From assembly GCF_035285525.1 (NCBI RefSeq), contig NZ_JAYKGW010000114.1:1-11778 (forward strand): a stretch of 11,778 bases of DNA, given 5' to 3'. Source of the DNA: Okeania sp. (lineage in GTDB: Bacteria; Cyanobacteriota; Cyanobacteriia; Cyanobacteriales; Microcoleaceae). Below, in pieces: positions 7,901-11,778 of this stretch (within the stretch, counting starts at the first letter, position 1; every line of letters begins with the position of its first letter). The notes under the pieces were generated by a model. The model did not search any database. It was not told where the DNA came from and saw nothing but the letters and a program-made list of their open reading frames with translations. The translations under genes and the position numbers were made by a program.

Positions 7901-8119
7901 GAACGTGACCCTATAGAAAGTCGGGATCAATGGAGAAATCCTGAAACTTGGAGGATAGGTCTTCAACAACTTCAAGACCTTCTTAACAGCAGAAAAGACC
8001 CCCAAAATCCTGAGGAAACTGACCCTCGTTTTAACTTCCAGTTTGATTTCCTTTCTCATATTACCGATCAAGAAGTTCGAGGTAAGTTGATGAAAGACGG
8101 AGAATATGTTCCTTTTTAA
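4913..8119 (+). CDS. Large multidomain protein: N-terminal Ig/FN3-like domain, lipase-like alpha/beta-hydrolase, Ser-rich linker, beta-sandwich, C-terminal DNA/RNA non-specific endonuclease (Serratia/NucA family)
   Basis: Longest ORF in the window (1068 aa). Motifs read from the translation: LTAGQTYHWAVEVIDRNGN (beta domain, aa ~25-100); VVTHGF (nt 5264-5275 code THGF) and nucleophile elbow GFSRG (nt 5654-5668) with TTIDPHD and AVHGR as acid/His candidates (alpha/beta-hydrolase, aa ~112-470); GSSPSNSSSSDSGSS linker (~nt 6598-6657); nuclease motifs DRGH (nt 7421-7432), SNLIAQSMDNN and AWFNIE. Start codon is uncertain: TTG at 4913, with no in-frame ATG until about aa 150. No signal-peptide-like N-terminus. 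Confidence 0.85.
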   Translation: MNISEKRNLLTRPWNGIGDFNPKRILTATWKLDTVTDTGKWYGHDGQTEISLPTSGLPNTNSSLTLPEELTLTAGQTYHWAVEVIDRNGNSELESRSFQTENSEHNLDNTFSSVSVVTHGFKLPTESPGIPDNIYNLGNNIAESGGEGLMMRYNRQTGGWDAIDKEGRLLSDVKISDYYGKPLVLLTDWSSDNQSSIPDSGFSEGAADAFFASLVQLDQQLGGTVANIEGKLVNKHGAVFDSPLHFIGFSRGAVVNSEMIQRIGTHFPHAGGPLNADGTPQVDSEGSEIRDLQMTTIDPHDFEQPGFSFPEWIPFIGGEGFGDFNDPEVQVWENVTFADNYYQTVPKLDPNFLELTATPAGRLIENADLNIFLGTNSAEENYENSRAGFTRETDGNFWPIAPSFPWEFDKKLPLAGRGAVHGRVLSWYDGTTNLSVTKSPDELYRRLGDGHHNHLYDSDFSGVANPWYTPDHNKATFELGDKNAPWEGIGTGWFYSVLGGGKDLRPESKLSERVSMSFDNTSDRESQGDFAVPTLFNGNFDAVFNPNGLLRNSLSDGIPGWSGSSPSNSSSSDSGSSANVNSLVEWSNIGLPLRYRQGAGYDGTTANYALKLDSNFPKITHNPFVIPEWGNLRFDVYAPKESGKLKVQLEVEGANIPVKTIDLAIDAGTVQIGDKQKVDKIKEIYGDNVNSIGYRRKGGFETFQFPFQKLSSDEWKKFMGKPAKLTFTLEGDSEVFIDNVFFKSAHIKLGNPTNARWDATQETPTNLLVEKPGYTVSYNTQTKTPNWVSWQVNKTWTVPKKARLGIEFIDDPFFSLQSSHPNWPKVNGTIFTGLGMDRGHLIPDRDRNRNPKDTIETYMGSNLIAQSMDNNRRFTDIPLTGSAWFNIEKMIGNDVEAGKEYYVVAGSLGNDWSSQKKSNAPELLEKLINQGDTNPQKFNNNISIPEWTWKNAIALPKPGMEVTSEAEAFVYITPNHAEPTDNELPIEHPLNQLLGEERDPIESRDQWRNPETWRIGLQQLQDLLNSRKDPQNPEETDPRFNFQFDFLSHITDQEVRGKLMKDGEYVPF

Positions 8120-8175
8120 AGTGGCAGTATCTGCTCTTTGAGAACCCGATCGGTTAGGCTTTTTGAGGGATAGTC

Positions 8176-8207
8176 TGTCGGAACAACTTTTGATAATTGT
8201 TCCGACA
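8176..8207. terminator. Hairpin downstream of the large nuclease gene (possible terminator)
   Basis: Perfect 11-bp stem TGTCGGAACAA (8176-8186) / TTGTTCCGACA (8197-8207) with a 10-nt loop, 57 nt after the TAA at 8117-8119. No strong U-tract. Confidence 0.35.
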
Positions 8208-8299
8208 ATGTCCATTATAGCAATGTGCGCACTTAATATTTACAAATTCCAGGAGATGTCCAATAACTAAAAGTCTGATATTATAAGCTATTCATTCTT

Positions 8300-8327
8300 C
8301 CTGTTCCCTATTCCCTGTTGCCTGTTC
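8300..8327. repeat. STRR-like heptanucleotide tandem repeat (4 units)
   Basis: CCTGTTC CCTATTC CCTGTTG CCTGTTC, contiguous over 8300-8327. Short tandem heptamers are a known feature of heterocystous cyanobacterial intergenic DNA. Confidence 0.6.
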
Positions 8328-8351
8328 CACGGCAGCGCAGCGCTATATTTT

Positions 8352-8665
8352 TTAGGACTTACACAGAGACGCTACATATAGCGTCCAAAACTATTGCGTG
8401 GCTTTGTTGCATGAAAGTAGCGTTCTTAGCATCCATTCCGCATTAAGGGATAAATATTAAGTGGGATGGGCATCCTGCCCGTCCGAAAATATGGGCATTC
8501 CTGCCCGGTGTGAAAATATAAGAAACAGCAAACTTGCAGGATGCCTGTTCCACAAAACTATTAAAATCATCCCACATTATTTTTTGTACACCTTCTTCAT
8601 GCAACAAAGCCCTATTGCGCAATAGTTTTTTAACTCTATAAATAGTACCTTTGCGTAAGTCCTAA
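8352..8665. mobile_element. MITE-like non-coding element with nested inverted repeats (unclassified)
   Basis: Outer arms TTAGGACTTACACA (8352-8365) and TGCGTAAGTCCTAA (8652-8665) pair at 13/14 positions. AAAACTATTGCG (8387-8398) pairs with CGCAATAGTTTT (8618-8629). GGCTTTGTTGCATGAA (8400-8415) pairs with TTCATGCAACAAAGCC (8596-8611), 16/16. GTGGGATG (8461-8468) pairs with CATCCCAC (8568-8575). GGCATCCTGC (8469-8478) pairs with GCAGGATGCC (8536-8545). There is no ORF inside. Confidence 0.45.
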
Positions 8666-8674
8666 TTTTATTGT

Positions 8675-9628
8675 TTACAAAAGTTTTTCAATATTTTTAT
8701 TTGCTCTAACAGGATAATTGCTCGAACCTTGTAAAAAGAATCCGTCTTTTAAAGTTATATTGTGGAAGAAAGCTAGAGATTCACCACTGCATCTTAATTC
8801 TGCATCTTGAAAGTTGACTTCAATGAAGTGAGTGCAAGTCGTATCTGCACAGATTGTTGCTTCTCTCATATCAACATAAATAAAGCTAGCACTATTCAAC
8901 TCGCAATCCAGTTTAGCTCCTCTAAAGTCACAATTTATGAATTGGGATCCATTCCAATCCCCACTCAGGGTAGCATTACTCAAATTACAATTGCTAAAGT
9001 GGGCGCAAAACAGATTAACATCCCGTAATTCAGCACCACTGAGGTCAACTCCATGCAAAATCGCCTTTTCAAAGTTTCTTTCCCCTGCTGCATAGCGACT
9101 AAGAAGTTTTTGAGCGTCTAATCCTCTACTAGGATTAATTATTAGCTTCCCATCAGGTCTAGTGCTATAATGAACAATAGGGTCTCTTGGTATTTTGATG
9201 TCAGTTAAATTAGCATTTGTGAGATTACTACCAATAAATTGAGTTTCATCTAAATTAGCTCCACTCAAATTAGCATAACTTAGGTCAGAATTAGTAAAAT
9301 CGGCACAAATGAGATTAGCTCCGCTCAAATTAGCATAACTCAGGTTTGTACCTATGAAATAGGTGTGCCGGAGACTAGCTTTTTTGAGATTAGCTCGACT
9401 GAAATTAGCATTTCCTATATGCCCTTCTATGAATGCGCTTTCGAGACTAGCGCCACTTAAATTGATATCCATCAGGAGGGCATCAAAAAAATAACATTTT
9501 CTTAAATCTATACCCGAAAAATCTCTCTCACCATTTTCATACTGTTCTGAGAAATTATCTTCAATTTGTCTTCTGGAAAAATCTCTCTCAACATTTTCAT
9601 GCTGTTCTAAGAATTTCTCTTGATCCAT
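8675..9628 (-). CDS. Pentapeptide-repeat protein, two-module with duplicated N-terminal cap (317 aa)
   Basis: ATG start. Duplicated cap FLEQHENVERDF / FSEQYENGERDF, then units such as GTNLSYANLSGANLICADFTNSDLSYANLSGANLDETQFIGSNLTNANL. Linker STRPDGKLIINP, second cap AQKLLSRYAAGERNF, then a more divergent Cys-rich second module ending NITLKDGFFLQG. Confidence 0.9.
   Translation of the reverse strand: MDQEKFLEQHENVERDFSRRQIEDNFSEQYENGERDFSGIDLRKCYFFDALLMDINLSGASLESAFIEGHIGNANFSRANLKKASLRHTYFIGTNLSYANLSGANLICADFTNSDLSYANLSGANLDETQFIGSNLTNANLTDIKIPRDPIVHYSTRPDGKLIINPSRGLDAQKLLSRYAAGERNFEKAILHGVDLSGAELRDVNLFCAHFSNCNLSNATLSGDWNGSQFINCDFRGAKLDCELNSASFIYVDMREATICADTTCTHFIEVNFQDAELRCSGESLAFFHNITLKDGFFLQGSSNYPVRANKNIEKLL
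9254..9345 (-). repeat. 60-bp-period duplication (one beta-helix coil) inside the 317-aa PRP gene
   Basis: ATTAGCTCC(A/G)CTCAAATTAGCATAACT(T/C)AGGT occurs at 9254-9285 and 9314-9345, identical at 30 of 32 positions. Both copies encode (N/D)LSYANLSGANL. Confidence 0.85.
9516..9615 (-). repeat. 60-bp-period duplication of the cap-coding segment of the 317-aa PRP gene
   Basis: GAAAAATCTCTCTCA(C/A)CATTTTCAT(A/G)CTGTTCT(G/A)AGAA(A/T)TT occurs at 9516-9555 and 9576-9615. The copies encode FSEQYENGERDFS and FLEQHENVERDFS. Confidence 0.85.
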
Positions 9629-9870
9629 AACTTGTCTTCCAATATATCTATCTCTACATTATCAACTATAGTCAAAACTAACTATACAAGCAATCATTAA
9701 TTTTAAGTTAGATATAGCTCTGCCCTCGGGGTTTTATCAAGTTCTTCCCAAAGATTATCTTAATGATACTGGAGAAAATATAACGTTTATATCTCTTCGT
9801 ACTGACATTCCTGATGCTCCATTCGATCCTTAATTTCTTTCCATAACAAGAAAGTATTTTGAAGGGAAAG

Positions 9871-9909
9871 AAAATAGCAATCCTATTACAGTAGGGGGAT
9901 TGCTATTTT
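9871..9909 (-). terminator. Intrinsic-terminator-like hairpin
   Basis: Stem AAAATAGCAATCC (9871-9883) / GGATTGCTATTTT-type arm (9897-9909), including the perfect 10-bp core ATAGCAATCC / GGATTGCTAT, with a 13-nt loop. There are T-runs on both strands. It sits 6 nt downstream of the TAG (9916-9918) of the minus-strand 90-aa ORF. Confidence 0.5.
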
Positions 9910-9915
9910 TTCTAA

Positions 9916-10188
9916 CTATTTATTGTTACATCCATCGTTACAAATGCTGCCATCAGGCAAGATCGTATTGCACAAAATAGCACCTCTTAGATCGACTCGT
10001 TTAGGTTGATTATATAGCAATGAGCGCTGGCATCTTTGCATGCTACGAATATCTTCATTTGTAACATAAGCTCCTACTACATGACTGATATTTTTGATGT
10101 GCGATAGCTTCGCTGTGCCTCCGGCAATCGCAACTCGGTCCCCCTGTCGTGAGCCAAATATGTTTTTCTCTGCCAGATATGACATCAC
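9916..10188 (-). pseudogene. Probable remnant of a pentapeptide-repeat gene (only the C-terminal tail is recognisable)
   Basis: The 90-aa ORF ends RVDLRGAILCNTILPDGSICNDGCNNK, matching the TILPDG tail of the neighbouring PRPs. The upstream part has no cap motif, contains only weak units (GAYVTNEDIRS), and is occupied by a copy of a 31-bp dispersed repeat. Confidence 0.4.
10101..10131. repeat. 31-bp direct repeat, copy 1
   Basis: GCGATAGCTTCGCTGTGCCTCCGGCAATCGC, identical to 10196-10226. Similarity continues for 8 more nt with two mismatches (AACTCGGT vs GTCTCGGT). Confidence 0.85.
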
Positions 10189-10195
10189 ACGGTCC

Positions 10196-10226
10196 GCGAT
10201 AGCTTCGCTGTGCCTCCGGCAATCGC
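10196..10226. repeat. 31-bp direct repeat, copy 2
   Basis: GCGATAGCTTCGCTGTGCCTCCGGCAATCGC, identical to 10101-10131, starting 95 bp later. The ends GCGAT...ATCGC are complementary (split HIP1-like halves). Confidence 0.85.
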
Positions 10227-10337
10227 GTCTCGGTTTTACCCCATGCCACCATGTTTACCTCCCAGTCTTATAGACTTGCACCTTGAAATTTAATTCCGAG
10301 GAATTGGTTTAACCACTACGGAAAAACTTGAGGATTT

Positions 10338-11203
10338 TCAATTGACTGCTGCATCAACACAGTCTCTAAAATTGTCAAATTCCTTTATTCTTTGTCTAAT
10401 CCAATTTTTTAATACAAACCACCAACGTTCTATCTTATTAAAATTTGGTGATTAGGGTGGTAAATACCAGATTTGACACCCTTTCTTGGCCACTAATTCT
10501 TCTATATAAATTGATTTATGAAACGTTGCATTATCTAATATGATCACTTGTCTTGGTTGTAATTTTGGTAGTAAACAATTTTCCAACCAGTTTTCAAATA
10601 AGTCACGATTACAACTTCGGTGTAAATGTTAAAGGAGCAAACATTGGGGAATTGATTTATCGCTGCCACCCGTCCTTACTCTCTCAGTTCTTTTTCCTGA
10701 CTTCATACCTGCTACTCTTTTCCCTTTAATTCCATAACCATAAGGATAATCTTCTCGATTATCTATTCCAGTTTCATCTACATAAACAATGTCTTTCTTG
10801 TCTATTTGATGAGTGTTTAAAGATAAATTCTTCTCTTTCTAGTACGTCTCTTTCTTGATAACCATATGTTTTTTTTTACGAGTAAAACCAATTTTTTTTA
10901 AACCTCTACCAATAGTAAAACGACTACAATTTCCCCATTTTCCAGCCATTTGTTTTTGAGTTTGATCGTGATTAGCCTCAACAAATTTTTCAAATTCTTC
11001 CCAATCTTTAATTTTAGATTTTTGAGGAGGAGGTACATTTGCCTTAGAGGCTATTGAGCCTGTGGTTAAATATATATCTCGCCATTGATGAAGAGTAGGC
11101 CGACTTATACTTAATAAACGACTCAGATAACTGATAGACATACCATTAATAATCAGATTAATAGCCCGTCAAATCCCAAATCTTGACTGTAAGGATGTAC
11201 CAT
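10338..11203 (-). mobile_element. Degraded IS630/Tc1-mariner-family transposase gene (pseudogene); element ends not defined
   Basis: Minus-strand reading starts with MVHPYSQDL... from the ATG at 11203-11201, then frameshifts into the 100-aa HTH-like ORF (MSISYLSRLLSISRPTLHQWRDIY...). After the TAG at 10839-10841 the same frame continues: ...DIVYVDETGIDNREDYPYGYGIKGKRVAGMKSGKRTERV...(local frameshifts, TAA 10629-10631)...SCNRDLFENWLENCLLPKLQPRQVIILDNATFHKSIYIEELVAKKGCQIWYLPP-TAA(10452-10454)-SPNFNKIERWWFVLKNWIRQRIKEF...VN-stop (10338-10340). The D (VYVDETG), D (ILDNATFH) and E (NKIERWW) layout is typical of IS630. Confidence 0.8.
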
Positions 11204-11441
11204 AACACTCAAACTTGATTTTAAAGATACTTAAAGTAACTTAAACTATAAAATGTCAATACCTAAAGACCCATTCTTAAAACTTTAGTCTTTGGCGTTG
11301 GCGGAGCCTAGCGGCAGCTATATCGCCTAATTTATCAAAAAAGCAGGCCATACAGTATTAATACTACATGAGACTATTGTTGTAATATGTAAAGATGCCA
11401 GCGATCATTGCTATACTGGCCGCAGCTACCCTGACTCTTTT

Positions 11442-11778
11442 GTGACAGGTTTTACTGTTACCTATGATATTTCTTCTGTGGATGTCATAGCTATCCCACA
11501 AGTAGGATTGCCAGTGGTGACTGAAGTAGGAGTCCAACGAGCCGAAGACGGTTTAGCAACTTTTGAAGCTAACTTGAGTCTCTCAGCACCAGAGTCAGAC
11601 CCCACTCAAGCACCAGTGTTGCAGGGGGCAGAATTGAAGTTTAATGATCAGAATGGAGACCCTTTTCCAGATAACGAACCGGTTTTATTCCTAACTGCTG
11701 ATAACGCTCTCATAGATGATAACGATCTACCAACATCGACAGGCAGTCAGTTGACAGATTTGCAGGTGAAGTTTTATG
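11442..11778 (+). CDS. Hypothetical protein, N-terminal part only (ORF runs off the right edge)
   Basis: The frame is open from 11331 to the window end, about 149 codons, which is long for AT-rich DNA. The earliest canonical start is GTG 11442. Translation: VTGFTVTYDISSVDVIAIPQVGLPVVTEVGVQRAEDGLATFEANLSLSAPESDPTQAPVLQGAELKFNDQNGDPFPDNEPVLFLTADNALIDDNDLPTSTGSQLTDLQVKFY. It is acidic and I recognise no family. It is not in the supplied ORF track, presumably because it has no stop in the window. Confidence 0.4.
   Translation, partial: MTGFTVTYDISSVDVIAIPQVGLPVVTEVGVQRAEDGLATFEANLSLSAPESDPTQAPVLQGAELKFNDQNGDPFPDNEPVLFLTADNALIDDNDLPTSTGSQLTDLQVKFY

Noticed and set aside
4885-8215. Minus- and plus-strand short ORFs overlapping the 1068-aa gene (4885-5091, 5006-5269, 6465-6662, 6490-6678, 6806-7036, 7802-8215)
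   Set aside because: All are nested in or antisense to a 3.2-kb ORF with multiple domain signatures. None has a recognisable motif.
8807-9028. Plus-strand 73-aa ORF
   Set aside because: It is an antisense shadow of the 317-aa PRP gene.
10101-10226. CRISPR interpretation of the 31-bp perfect repeats
   Set aside because: There are only two copies, the intervening segment of 64 bp is too long for a spacer, and no cas genes are nearby. A small dispersed repeat is more likely.
10055-10252. Minus-strand 65-aa ORF
   Set aside because: It consists largely of translation through the two 31-bp repeat copies and overlaps the 90-aa ORF in another frame. It is almost certainly non-coding.
10260-11260. 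Terminal inverted repeats and TA target duplication for the IS630-like element
   Set aside because: Comparing the left flank (10260-10337) with the reverse complement of the right flank (11204-11260) gave only a shared TTATAG and scattered matches. That is not enough to define the ends.

Overview
AT-rich window that looks cyanobacterial, probably a filamentous Nostocales-type genome. This is inference only, from one perfect HIP1 octamer GCGATCGC at 7766-7773, STRR-like heptamer repeats, many pentapeptide-repeat genes and an IS630-type transposase remnant. Two plus-strand genes carry Serratia/NucA-family DNA/RNA non-specific endonuclease domains. One is a 401-aa version at 136-1341. The other is a 1068-aa multidomain protein at 4913-8119 that also carries a lipase-like alpha/beta-hydrolase domain. 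They are interleaved with a minus-strand array of pentapeptide-repeat protein (PRP) genes: four intact genes (431, 163, 303 and 317 aa, together seven cap-to-tail beta-helix modules) and at least three decayed PRP fragments. The right third holds a MITE-like nested inverted repeat, short dispersed repeats, a degraded IS630-family transposase and the start of an unidentified ORF that runs off the window. Main hypothesis, unproven: the nuclease (plus lipase) proteins are toxins or effectors, and the DNA-mimicking PRPs are their inhibitors or immunity proteins in place of the classical NuiA inhibitor, which I do not see here. Gene orientation is convergent or divergent rather than operonic, and PRPs are abundant in cyanobacteria, so the association could be coincidental. 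All domain calls come from reading motifs in the translations; no searches were run.
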